From an uncultured delta proteobacterium (lineage in GTDB: Bacteria > Myxococcota_A > Polyangia > Polyangiales > Polyangiaceae): a stretch of DNA of 64,000 nt. Below the pieces are notes generated by a model. It saw nothing but the letters and a program-made list of their open reading frames with translations, did no database searches and had not been told where the DNA came from. Position numbers and translations under genes: made by a program. The DNA lies in assembly GCA_963716725.1 (NCBI GenBank), contig CAVQUB010000009.1, forward strand, positions 160,001 to 224,000, given 5' to 3'. This document shows, piece after piece, positions 1 through 9,065 of this stretch (positions are counted from its first letter, which is position 1; each line of letters opens with the position of its first letter).

Positions 1-456
1 GCCGCCCTTGTGGCCGTACCAGGCGACGAAGTGCCTCCACTGCCACGGCACGCCGTCTTCGGTCAGATCGCCGGCGATGAGCACGCCGCGCGGCGTTCCG
101 ACCGCGCCGCCAATCTCCGGAGGGAACGCCTTGCCGGGCATGGAGTTCATGTCGTCGATCTGTCGCGCGTTGAGCCGATCGCTGTCCGCGGGCTCGTTCA
201 CGGGATCGCGCAGGGCGCCGTTTGCGCCGTGCTCCTTGGCCGCGAAGCCGACGTGGGTGTCCGCCGCGACCAAGAAGGTGACGTCGAGCCCGCCCCGTCG
301 GCGAGTGCTCGCGGGCGGCTCCGACGCCATCGTGCCCGGCTCCGCCGCGAGCGCGGGACGCGACGGACCGGCCCTGGGCGCAAAGACCCAAACCGCGGCG
401 CCCAGCCCGACGGTGAGCGCGACGCTGAGCGCGATCCGACGTGGCGGCGGGCGCAT
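1..456 (-). CDS. Calcineurin-like metallophosphoesterase, exported (3' end runs off window)
   Basis: Manual translation from ATG at 456: hydrophobic N-terminus, then DVTFLVAADTHVG (DxH) and GVLIAGDLTEDG (GDxxxxG); not in the ORF track because it is open at the edge. Confidence 0.8.
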   Translation of the reverse strand, partial: MRPPPRRIALSVALTVGLGAAVWVFAPRAGPSRPALAAEPGTMASEPPASTRRRGGLDVTFLVAADTHVGFAAKEHGANGALRDPVNEPADSDRLNARQIDDMNSMPGKAFPPEIGGAVGTPRGVLIAGDLTEDGVPWQWRHFVAWYGHKGG

Positions 457-504
457 GCCCCAAGCATGGGGCGCAGGAGCGTGGACCGCAACGCGGCGTC
501 GCGT

Positions 505-915
505 TCAGCGGATCTTGAACTTGGAGACCACGCGGCCTTCGAACTCGGCGCAGCGAGTCGCGCGCTGCTTGCCCGCCGCGACGTCGCGCTCCGCTCCCAC
601 CAGGAGCTCTGCGGCGCGTCTTGCGTCACTCGCGCCGCCGTCTTCGCCGAGGGACTTCTTCACCGCGCGCACCGCGTCGAGCCCCTTGGTGTAGAGTTCG
701 TAGGCAGAGACACACTCGTTCTTCAGCTCGACGACCTCGGGCTCCGCCGCTGCCGCCACGCGCAGCGCCGCCAGGCGGGCGGGTTTGTCGGCGTTGTCCG
801 CCTCGCGCAGCGCGCGCACGGCGATGACGACGCGTTCGGCTTCGGCGCGCGCCCCGGCGTCGGGGCCACTTTGGCAAGCCACGACCAGCGTCGCGACCAG
901 GAGTCCCGTTCTCAG
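505..915 (-). CDS. Hypothetical helical lipoprotein (start uncertain)
   Basis: C-terminal part of ORF 505..1950; lipobox-like LVATLVVAC; possible CTG start overlapping the upstream TGA. Confidence 0.55.
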   Translation of the reverse strand: MRTGLLVATLVVACQSGPDAGARAEAERVVIAVRALREADNADKPARLAALRVAAAAEPEVVELKNECVSAYELYTKGLDAVRAVKKSLGEDGGASDARRAAELLVGAERDVAAGKQRATRCAEFEGRVVSKFKIR

Positions 916-1448
916 TCCGCCACCTTGGGCGCGGGCCCCATCTGCACGCGTTCGCCCAGGTAGGATCCGATCAGCGTGAAGAACACACCGAGGGCGCTCA
1001 TCAGCACGTACATCCACCACGGCATGGTCTTCACGGTCTGACTGCGCAGCAGCAGGAACGCCGTCGGGATGGCCACCAAGAAGGCCGCGACCACCGGCTC
1101 GATGAAGGTGCGGCCGGGCGAGATCAGACCGATCAAGAGGCCACCGACGAACCAGACCGGGATCGCGATCAGCATGCCCGCCGAACCCTCGAAGTCGAAG
1201 GCGGGCACCACCATGGGCAGCCCCATCACGATGGCCGCGGTGAGCACGCCCTGGATCACCAGCGCGATGCTGAACCAGAGGAGACTGAAGCCCTCCTGCT
1301 GATAGCGTCGCTCCAGCTCTTCCTGGCGCGACATCACGCGCTTCATGTCTTCGATTTTCGCGCCGCACGAGACACAACGATTGTTGGGCAGCGGAGCGCT
1401 GTTTTTGAAGCCGCAGGACGGGCAGATGATCTTCTTCGGAACAGCCAT
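912..1448 (-). CDS. Zinc-ribbon membrane protein
   Basis: CPSCG...CVSCG followed by four hydrophobic segments. Confidence 0.75.
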   Translation of the reverse strand: MAVPKKIICPSCGFKNSAPLPNNRCVSCGAKIEDMKRVMSRQEELERRYQQEGFSLLWFSIALVIQGVLTAAIVMGLPMVVPAFDFEGSAGMLIAIPVWFVGGLLIGLISPGRTFIEPVVAAFLVAIPTAFLLLRSQTVKTMPWWMYVLMSALGVFFTLIGSYLGERVQMGPAPKVAD

Positions 1449-1632
1449 GATAACGGCGCGAGCCCGGGAAAAGTGGCTCGGGCGCCCAGCCTAGCCGGAA
1501 ATCCCGGGGGCGGAAAACAGGCGCGACGTCCAGGCCCGCGCACGCCGGGCAAATCCGCGGTATATCGGAGGAGTCGGGCCCCCGGGCCCGGCCCCGAGGA
1601 ACCAAAGCCCGCCCGGGCTGTCCGATTCTGCC

Positions 1633-2283
1633 ATGTCCCGCCGCCCCGTCGCCGAGATGCCCCTGCTGCTCCACGCCGAGCCCGACCCGGAGCTCGAGGC
1701 GTTGCCAGCGCCGCGGCGCCCGGGCCGGACGCTGACGCTGTGCACCATGTGCGTGACGGCGGTGGTGGCGGTCGCAATGGCCTACTCGATCCGCGGCGAG
1801 GCGAGCTACGCGCTCTCGAAGAGCGCCCCGTCGTCGCTGGGCAACCTCACGGAGCTCGAGCCGCGGCCGGAGCTCGCAAACACTTGGGTGCAGGGCGATG
1901 CGCTCCTGGGTTCTACCCGCGCCGTTCGCTACGATCGCCCTCTCGAGCAAGACAGCTATCGCCTCGCGCCCATCGCCGGCAACGATCGCGTCTGGGTCCA
2001 GGTCAGGGTTCCCTCCGGCATGGAGGGACCGCGCTTCGTTCCTCCCACGTCCTTCGTGGGTCGCATGATTCCCTTCTCGCAGGCTGGCATTCGCTATGAC
2101 GGCCTGACCGAGGCGGCGGCGCGCGCCAGCGCCGGCAAGGTTCCCGACGGCGCCTGGCTCTTGATCGACGGCGAGGCTCCGACCACCACGCGCTGGGCGC
2201 TGGGTCTGATCGCGCTGTTCGTGGGGTTCGCGGCCTTCAATGTCTGGGGTTTGGCCCGCTTGCTGCGCCCGGCCGAAGGCTGA
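1633..2283 (+). CDS. Hypothetical membrane protein
   Basis: N- and C-terminal TM segments; directly upstream of purM. Confidence 0.7.
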   Translation: MSRRPVAEMPLLLHAEPDPELEALPAPRRPGRTLTLCTMCVTAVVAVAMAYSIRGEASYALSKSAPSSLGNLTELEPRPELANTWVQGDALLGSTRAVRYDRPLEQDSYRLAPIAGNDRVWVQVRVPSGMEGPRFVPPTSFVGRMIPFSQAGIRYDGLTEAAARASAGKVPDGAWLLIDGEAPTTTRWALGLIALFVGFAAFNVWGLARLLRPAEG

Positions 2284-2321
2284 TCCTCCCCCCCAGGATC
2301 GATCCCGTGTATGAGGCCGGC

Positions 2322-3368
2322 ATGGCCGTCACCTACCGCGACGCTGGTGTGGACATCGACGCGGGCGACGAGCTCGTCGAGCGTATCAAGCCTCTGGCTC
2401 GCAGCACGCGCATCGCCGAGGTCGTCGACGGAGTGGGGGGTTTCGCTGGGCTGTGCGCGCTGCCCGCGGGCATCGACGATCCGCTCTTGGTCAGCGGGAC
2501 CGACGGCGTGGGCACCAAGCTGAAGGTGGCCTTCGCGACGGGCAAACACGACACCATTGGTATCGATTTGGTGGCCATGTGCGCCAACGACGTGCTGACC
2601 ACGGGAGCACGCCCGCTGTTTTTCCTCGACTACTTTGCCTGCGGAAAGCTCGACGTGGCGGTGGCGGAACGCGTCATCGCCGGCATCGCAGACGGTTGTC
2701 GGCAGGCGGGCTGCGCGCTGATCGGCGGCGAGACCGCCGAACTGCCCGGCATGTACCCCGAGGGCGAGTACGATCTGGCGGGCTTCTGCGTGGGCGTGGT
2801 CTCGCGCAAAGCGCTGCTCGGACCGGCACGCGTGCAGGTCGGCGACCGAGTGATCGGCGTGGCCTCGAGCGGCCTGCACTCGAACGGTTACTCGTTGGCG
2901 CGGCGCGTGCTCGAGATCGAAATGAAGCTCGGGCTCGACGCAAGGGTCCCGGGGCTGGAGCGCAGCGTGGGCGACACGCTGCTCACGCCGACCAAGATCT
3001 ACGCGCAGGCCTGCCTCGGACTCGGGAAGGCGCTCGGCCAGGGCCTGCACGCGTTGTGTCACGTGACCGGCGGCGGCATCGAGGGCAACCTGCCGCGGGT
3101 GATGCCCGCAGGCACCGCGGCCGTGCTTCGGCTGTCCCACGCGCGGCCCGCGGTGTTCGACGTCATCGCGCGGGGCGGCCCGGTCACCGAAGCCGAGATG
3201 CGAAGAACCTTCAACCTCGGGGTCGGGCTGATCGCGGTGGTCGCAGCCGCGGACGTCGATGCCTCCCTCACAGCGCTGACAGCCGCGGGCGATCGCGGGT
3301 GGGTCATGGGCGAAATCGTGGCGACGACCGCCGGCGCGGAGGCCCGCGTCGACGTCGTGGAGGACTGA
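2322..3368 (+). CDS. purM: Phosphoribosylformylglycinamidine cyclo-ligase (AIR synthase)
   Basis: TYRDAGVDIDAG, GTDGVGTK, GGETAELPG, SSGLHSNGYSL, HVTGGG. Confidence 0.97.
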   Translation: MAVTYRDAGVDIDAGDELVERIKPLARSTRIAEVVDGVGGFAGLCALPAGIDDPLLVSGTDGVGTKLKVAFATGKHDTIGIDLVAMCANDVLTTGARPLFFLDYFACGKLDVAVAERVIAGIADGCRQAGCALIGGETAELPGMYPEGEYDLAGFCVGVVSRKALLGPARVQVGDRVIGVASSGLHSNGYSLARRVLEIEMKLGLDARVPGLERSVGDTLLTPTKIYAQACLGLGKALGQGLHALCHVTGGGIEGNLPRVMPAGTAAVLRLSHARPAVFDVIARGGPVTEAEMRRTFNLGVGLIAVVAAADVDASLTALTAAGDRGWVMGEIVATTAGAEARVDVVED

Positions 3369-3373
3369 CGGCG

Positions 3374-3952
3374 GTGCTCGAACTCGGCGTGCTGGTCTCC
3401 GGCAGCGGGACGAACCTGCAGGCCATCCTGGACGCGGTCGCGGGCGGCGAGCTCGATGCGCGCGTACGCATCGTGGTCTCCAACAAGCCCGGCGTGCTGG
3501 CCCTGGAACGCGCCGAGCGTGCGGGCGTGCCCAGCTTGGTGATTCGGCACCAAGACTTCGGCACTCGCGAGGACTTCGATCACGAACTGGTGAGCGCGCT
3601 CCAAGGGGCCGGCGCCCGGTTGGTGGTGCTGGCCGGATTCATGCGGGTGCTCACCCCTGGCTTCTTGCGCGCGTTTCCCGGGCGGGTGGTCAACATCCAC
3701 CCCTCGCTGTTGCCCTCCTTCCCGGGCGTGCGCGCCCAGGCACAGGCGTTGGCTCACGGCGTCAAGGTCACGGGGTGCACCGTGCACTTCGTCGACGAGG
3801 GCGTGGACACCGGGCCCATCATCGCGCAGCGCGCGGTGCCCGTGTTGGACGCCGACACCGCCACGACGCTCACGACGCGGATCCTCGAGCAAGAGCACTC
3901 GCTGCTGGTGGAAGCTCTGCGACGACTCGCTGCGCGTCAGGAGCCGGGGTGA
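3374..3952 (+). CDS. purN: Phosphoribosylglycinamide formyltransferase
   Basis: GTG at 3374; SGSGTNLQA, LAGFMR, NIHPSLLP, GCTVHFVDEGVDTGPII. Confidence 0.96.
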   Translation: MLELGVLVSGSGTNLQAILDAVAGGELDARVRIVVSNKPGVLALERAERAGVPSLVIRHQDFGTREDFDHELVSALQGAGARLVVLAGFMRVLTPGFLRAFPGRVVNIHPSLLPSFPGVRAQAQALAHGVKVTGCTVHFVDEGVDTGPIIAQRAVPVLDADTATTLTTRILEQEHSLLVEALRRLAARQEPG

Positions 3953-5487
3953 CGGCCCGCTATTTCGACGTGGTCGTGCTCGGCCGGTCGCTGGGCGCGC
4001 TCTCGGCTGCGGCGCTGCTTGCGCGCCGCGACTTCCGGGTGCTCTTGCTGGGCCAGGGGCAGCGCCCCCCGAGCTACGAATACGAGCGCTTTCGCCTCAA
4101 GCGCCGGGCGTTCACCTTGCTCTTCGGTTCGAGCCCCGTCTGGGTGCGGCTGCTGCACGAGCTGGCGCAGAGCCAGCGATTTCGCCGAATGGTGAGCCCC
4201 CTCGATCCCATGTTCGTCATGTCGAGCGGTGGACGTCACATCGAGGTTCCACCGGACATGGAGCTCTTCGTGAGGGAGATCGATCGCGAGTTCCCCGAGG
4301 TGCGACAGCTCGTGGACGAGCTGTACGCCACCATCGCTCCAGTGAACGCGGCCGTGGACGCGGTCTTCGAGAAGGATGCGGTCTGGCCGCCGGGCACCCT
4401 CTGGGAGCGCATCGAGACCCGACGCAGCGGCAGCACGCTCCCGCTGACTCGGGGTGCAGAGAGCGATCTGCTGGCAAAGTTTCCCGTCGGTCATCCATAT
4501 CGCGAGATCGTGACCCTGCCTCCGCAGTTCGCGACCGGACTCTTCGCGAGCGGCGACTATCTGCCTCCCCTGGCGCTCGCCCGCCTGCACGGCTCGTGGA
4601 CACGCGGCATCCAATGCCTCGAAGGCGGCGAGGATGAGCTCGAGGAGTTCTTGCTCGAACGAATCGAGGCCCACGGCGGCGAGTGCCGACTGTCGCATCG
4701 AGCCGCATCGCTCGTGGTCCGGCTAGGCAAGATCGCCGGAGTGCTGGAAGAGGGTGAGGAAGAAGTCACCGGCACCGACTCGGTGGTGACGGATCTCTCG
4801 GGGGAAGCCGTGGCTGATCTCTCGGGAGGCGAAGGCATCAGCCCGGGGGCACGCCGCGACTGGCCGAGGCTCACGGCCAGCGCGGGGCGCTTCGTGGTCA
4901 GCTTGGTAGTCAAGAAGCGCGCGCTGCCCGATCCGCTGGGGGCCGAGGCATTCTTGACGGGACGCGCCGGAGCGCGCCCGGATCCGCGGCATCCGTCGGT
5001 GCACCTCCAACGCTTGGACGGTCCCGACGACGAGGCCACGCTGGTGGCCGAGACGGTATTGCCCGTCCGCGGTCCGCTCACGGTGCTCGAGGCGCGGGAG
5101 GCAGTGCTGACAACCTTGCGCGAGCACCTGCCCTTCTTGGACCAACACGTCTTGGTGGTGGATTCGCCTCACGACGGGCTTCCGCTTCTCGACAAGACCC
5201 GCGGCACCGCCCGAGAGATGGACCGCATCCACCTGTCGGGGACGACGGCCGGCGCCGAACCCATGCAGTGGCTGTGGAGCGTCGAGCCGGCGGGGTACCT
5301 CGACCTCGGCGGGGAGCCCATTCGCGGCCCGGTCCCGGGCTCCTACCTGGTCGGCTCGACGGTACTGCCGGCTCTCGGGCAAGAGGGCCAGCTGCTCGCG
5401 GCCTGGGGCGCCGCGCGCATCATCACCCAGAAAGACAAGGGGAGACAGAAGATGCGTCGGCAGATGTGGACGAAGATAGAAACGTAG
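3949..5487 (+). CDS. Phytoene-dehydrogenase-like FAD-fold protein
   Basis: N-terminal YFDVVVLGRSLGALSAAALLARRDFRV (atypical Rossmann loop); GTGA overlap with purN. Confidence 0.7.
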   Translation: MTARYFDVVVLGRSLGALSAAALLARRDFRVLLLGQGQRPPSYEYERFRLKRRAFTLLFGSSPVWVRLLHELAQSQRFRRMVSPLDPMFVMSSGGRHIEVPPDMELFVREIDREFPEVRQLVDELYATIAPVNAAVDAVFEKDAVWPPGTLWERIETRRSGSTLPLTRGAESDLLAKFPVGHPYREIVTLPPQFATGLFASGDYLPPLALARLHGSWTRGIQCLEGGEDELEEFLLERIEAHGGECRLSHRAASLVVRLGKIAGVLEEGEEEVTGTDSVVTDLSGEAVADLSGGEGISPGARRDWPRLTASAGRFVVSLVVKKRALPDPLGAEAFLTGRAGARPDPRHPSVHLQRLDGPDDEATLVAETVLPVRGPLTVLEAREAVLTTLREHLPFLDQHVLVVDSPHDGLPLLDKTRGTAREMDRIHLSGTTAGAEPMQWLWSVEPAGYLDLGGEPIRGPVPGSYLVGSTVLPALGQEGQLLAAWGAARIITQKDKGRQKMRRQMWTKIET

Positions 5488-5501
5488 TATCCTTCGCTTC
5501 G

Positions 5502-6635
5502 ATGCGACGCGCGCTTCCCGCCGTGCTCTTGGCCCTCGGCCTGTTGCTTACGGCGTTCTCTGTCTCAGCTCAGTCAAAATCGAACGTCCAGGTGCTCGCC
5601 ATCGGCAGCGACGACGCCTTCGAGCAGGCTCAGGCACTGACCATCGCGCTCAAGCGCGCGATCACTCGGACTGAGGGCTGGTCGCTGCTGAAGGGCGACT
5701 ATTCCCTGGAGGTGATGACCGCCGCGCTCGGCTGTCCTATCCCGCCCGACTCGGGCTGCCAGAAGAAGATCGGCACCAAGGTCGGGTCCAATCGCTACAT
5801 CTGGGGGACCCTGGCCAAGAGCGGCAAGAAGGACGTCGTCGCGGTGCTCCGCCTCTGGGAAAACGGCGAGCAGAAGAAGGACGCTCACATCAAGTACGCC
5901 GCCAATCTGACCGATCCCTCCGACGACTCGCTGATGGCCATCGCCTCGGACGCGTTTGCGAAGCTGACCGGCGAGGCAACCGGCGTTGTGGTGGTCACGG
6001 CCGGCAGCGTCAACGGCAAGATCTTCGTGGACGGCAAAGAGGTCGGCGTGGTCACCGACGGCCGCACCGAGCTGACTCTGCCGAGCGGTGACCACAAGAT
6101 CATGGTGCGGGCGGAGGGCTTCAACGACGCGCTTGGAACCGTCTCCGTCCGCGCTGGCTCGAGCGCCGAGGTCGCGCTGAACCCGACCCCCGCGAGCGAC
6201 GGCAAGCCGGCCGGCGACGACCCCACGTTGGACAAGAAGAGCGGCGGAACCGGCAAGATGCTCGGCTACATTGGCATCGGGGTGGGCGGCGCGCTGGTGC
6301 TCACTGGCAGCTACTTCGGCGTCCAGACGCTGGGGCAGATCAAGGACTCCGAGTACGAGGACTATCGCAAGACGGCCGTCCCTGAGGGTGAGGACGCGTG
6401 CAAGTACGCGGAGGCCACCGGCCGGAGCGACATCGTCGACGTGTGCGATCGCAACAAGCGCGACAAGACCCTGTTCTGGGTCCTCACGCCCGTGGGCGCG
6501 GTCCTCGCGGGAGTCGGCGTGTACTTGCTCGCCAGCGGCGACGACAAAGCCGCCAGCGCCAAGCCCCCCCGCGTGCAGCCGATGCTCGGTCTCGGACCCC
6601 GGGGCGGCGAGCTGCGCGTCAACGTCGCGTTCTGA
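5502..6635 (+). CDS. PEGA-domain exported protein
   Basis: Signal peptide; IFVDGKEVG...LPSGDHKIMVRAEGF PEGA-like repeat; two hydrophobic helices and a C-terminal beta-strand ending in F. Confidence 0.8.
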   Translation: MRRALPAVLLALGLLLTAFSVSAQSKSNVQVLAIGSDDAFEQAQALTIALKRAITRTEGWSLLKGDYSLEVMTAALGCPIPPDSGCQKKIGTKVGSNRYIWGTLAKSGKKDVVAVLRLWENGEQKKDAHIKYAANLTDPSDDSLMAIASDAFAKLTGEATGVVVVTAGSVNGKIFVDGKEVGVVTDGRTELTLPSGDHKIMVRAEGFNDALGTVSVRAGSSAEVALNPTPASDGKPAGDDPTLDKKSGGTGKMLGYIGIGVGGALVLTGSYFGVQTLGQIKDSEYEDYRKTAVPEGEDACKYAEATGRSDIVDVCDRNKRDKTLFWVLTPVGAVLAGVGVYLLASGDDKAASAKPPRVQPMLGLGPRGGELRVNVAF

Positions 6636-6643
6636 GCGGACCC

Positions 6644-7208
6644 ATGAGGGTCACCGGCGGGCGGCTGGGGGGTCGCACGCTGCGGGCGCCCAAGGGTGAC
6701 GCCACGCGCCCGACGACCGACCGAGTCCGCGAGAGCCTGTTCCAAATCCTCGGCGACCTCGCCGGGCTTCGAGCGGCCGATCTCTATGCGGGCACCGGGG
6801 CCCTCGGGATCGAAGCGCTGTCTCGGGGCGCGAGCTTCGCGGCCTTCGTGGAGGCCCGGCGGCCAGCTGCCCTGGTCCTGCGCTCGAACCTCGACGCGCT
6901 GGAGCTCGGCGCGGTGAGCACAGTCATCGTCGCACCGGTGGAGCGGGCGCTGGAGAGCCTGCGCGCCCTGGGCCCATTCGATCTCGATCTTGGCCGATCC
7001 CCCGTGGGCGGAAATGGCGCGGGCCATGCTGACCTTGCGACGCTTGGCGTCGCACCACCTCGCGGACGGCGGCCGCCTGGTGGTCGAGCATGCATCGCGC
7101 GCTCCTCTGCCCATCCCCCAGGACTTTCCCCTCGAGCTCTTCGACGAGCGAGAATGGGGTGACACCGCGGTTTCCATGTTCAGCGCTCCAACGCCGGGAA
7201 AAGGCTGA
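6644..7208 (+). CDS. rsmD: 16S rRNA (guanine966-N2) methyltransferase, with one +1 frameshift near 6986
   Basis: MRVTGG...RPTTDRVRESLF, DLYAGTGALGIEALSRGA; removing one G at 6986 restores FDLILADPPW and joins ORF 6990..7208. Confidence 0.88.
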
Positions 7209-7267
7209 GATATTTTGTCGCCGCTGGCGCGCTGGCTGGACTATATTGCGCTGACGTTTTCGAGGAT

Positions 7268-7858
7268 GTGATGTCGCAGTCGGTGGCGCCCCCGCCAAAA
7301 GGGGGAAGCGGAGCCTTCATCGGCGCAGCGGTCGCTATGCTGCTGCTGATGGGCGGATTGATCTTCTGGAAGATGCGCGGCGGCGAACAGCCGCAGCAGC
7401 CCACCGCGCCGCCACCCCCGCCGGCGACCACACCGGTGGTCTTCGAGCAGCCACCCCCACCCCCACCGCCTCCTCCGCCCGTAGAAGAGGACGCCGGGAA
7501 GAAGCCCGTGACCAAGGTCGTCGGTGGCGGCGGTGGCGGCTGTACAGGTGAGTGCAAGGGCACAGCCACCGCGGCACTGCAGTCGGCCCTCGCGGGCAAG
7601 GCCGGGGCGGCCCGAGGCTGCTACGAGCGTGGTCTGCGACAGAACGCGATGCTGCAAGGCAGGTTGGTCGTGAGCGTCCGGGTGGGCCCTGCCGGTCAGG
7701 TCTGCAGCGCCGGCGTCGCCAGCAACGGCCTGGGTGATCCCGGCGTCGCGTCCTGCGTCGTGGGGCTGTTCCGGTCTGCGAGCTTCCCCCCACCCCAAGG
7801 GGGTTGCGTCGACACCCAAGTTCCGATGAACTTCGTGCCGAAGGGTGGAGGCAAGTGA
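7268..7858 (+). CDS. AgmX/PglI (TonB-C-like) C-terminal domain membrane protein
   Basis: TM helix, Pro-rich linker, then ARGCYERGLRQNAMLQGRLVVSVRVGPAG...VASCVVGLFRSASFPPP. Confidence 0.8.
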   Translation: MMSQSVAPPPKGGSGAFIGAAVAMLLLMGGLIFWKMRGGEQPQQPTAPPPPPATTPVVFEQPPPPPPPPPPVEEDAGKKPVTKVVGGGGGGCTGECKGTATAALQSALAGKAGAARGCYERGLRQNAMLQGRLVVSVRVGPAGQVCSAGVASNGLGDPGVASCVVGLFRSASFPPPQGGCVDTQVPMNFVPKGGGK

Positions 7859-8184
7859 TGCGCGCTCCCAAATGGCAAGGGCCGGTTTCGCTCGCTGCGA
7901 GCATGATCGTCGGCCTCGCGGTGGCGTGGGGCTGCGGCGAAGACGAGGGCATGACGCCAAACTGCCCCGAGCTTCCGCTCTACGCTGCGCTGGACGCATC
8001 GCCGTCCGACATCGCAGCTCGGGAGCAGGCGGCCGCCGAGGGCTGCGTGACCAGGGCCGGTACGGCAACGACCTCGACCTCCCCGCCTGCGGGCGGCGGC
8101 GGTAGCGGTGGCAGCGGCGGTAGCGGTGGCGGCAGCGGCAGCGGTGGCAGCAGCGGTAGCACCGGCGACGCGGCAGCGGACTGA
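7858..8184 (+). CDS. Small Gly/Ser-rich lipoprotein
   Basis: Lipobox-like AVAWGC; GGSG tail; TGATG coupling with upstream gene. Confidence 0.6.
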   Translation: MRAPKWQGPVSLAASMIVGLAVAWGCGEDEGMTPNCPELPLYAALDASPSDIAAREQAAAEGCVTRAGTATTSTSPPAGGGGSGGSGGSGGGSGSGGSSGSTGDAAAD

Positions 8185-8985
8185 GTGACCGCGCCTTCGT
8201 TCGGCGTGCTGCTCGGCGTGGCCTACGACGGCGGGCCGTTCTCCGGTTTCGCGCGGCAGCCCGCGGCGCGCACCATCGCAGGCGAGCTCGACGGCGCGGC
8301 GCGCTGCCTCGACCCCGGCTCGTCGCTGATGCGCGGCGTCAGCCGCACCGACGCGGGCGTTCATGCTCGCGCGCAGTGCGTCGCCTTCGATACGACGCTC
8401 GACATTCCGCCACGCGGTTGGGCTCTCGCGCTCGCTCGACACCTGCCCAGTGAGATCGCGGTCGTCCGCGCGGCGCGGGTCCGCGTCGGCTACGATCCGC
8501 GCTCTGTCGCCCGGACCAAGACCTACCGGTACTCGGTGCTGCAGAGCCTCGTCCGCGATCCGTTCCGATCCAGCTTCACCTGGCGCATCGCCGAGAGGTT
8601 GAACCACCAAGCCATGGGCGAAGAAGCCTCGCTCCTGATCGGCGAGCACGACTTCCGGGCGTTTCGTGCTGCGGGCGATCCCCGGCTCGACACCCGGCGG
8701 CACATCTTGCGCGCGCAGGTGCACCCCTCCGCAGTCGACGGCCTGGGCCTCGACATTGTCGTCACCGGCAACCGATTTCTCTACAAGATGGTGAGGATCA
8801 TCGCCGGAACGCTGGTCGACGTCGGTCGCGGCCGGCTCCGCCCCGGCGCGGTGGCGCGGGCCCTCGCCAGCGGGTCCCGCGCGGACCTCGGGATCACCGC
8901 GCCCCCGGAGGGGCTCTGCCTCGAAGAGGTCACGCTGGACGAGTCCGGAACCGACGCGTGGCCTGACCAATTTCCGCGCGATTGA
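8185..8985 (+). CDS. truA: tRNA pseudouridine(38-40) synthase
   Basis: VAYDGGPFSGF, SRTDAGVHA, GEHDFRAF, FLYKMVRIIAG, TAPPEGLCL. Confidence 0.95.
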   Translation: MTAPSFGVLLGVAYDGGPFSGFARQPAARTIAGELDGAARCLDPGSSLMRGVSRTDAGVHARAQCVAFDTTLDIPPRGWALALARHLPSEIAVVRAARVRVGYDPRSVARTKTYRYSVLQSLVRDPFRSSFTWRIAERLNHQAMGEEASLLIGEHDFRAFRAAGDPRLDTRRHILRAQVHPSAVDGLGLDIVVTGNRFLYKMVRIIAGTLVDVGRGRLRPGAVARALASGSRADLGITAPPEGLCLEEVTLDESGTDAWPDQFPRD

Positions 8986-9065
8986 CGTGACGGGGGTCGT
9001 AACGTACTGACTGGCCGCCCGAAGTGCGTTCCCCGGGCGGACCGCGCGGGTGAGGAGCATCCCCG

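Noticed and set aside
6960..7000. Programmed frameshifting in rsmD, fabF, Kelch or PEGA genes
   Set aside because: No slippery sequence or homopolymer run at the sites; isolated extra bases fit sequencing error better
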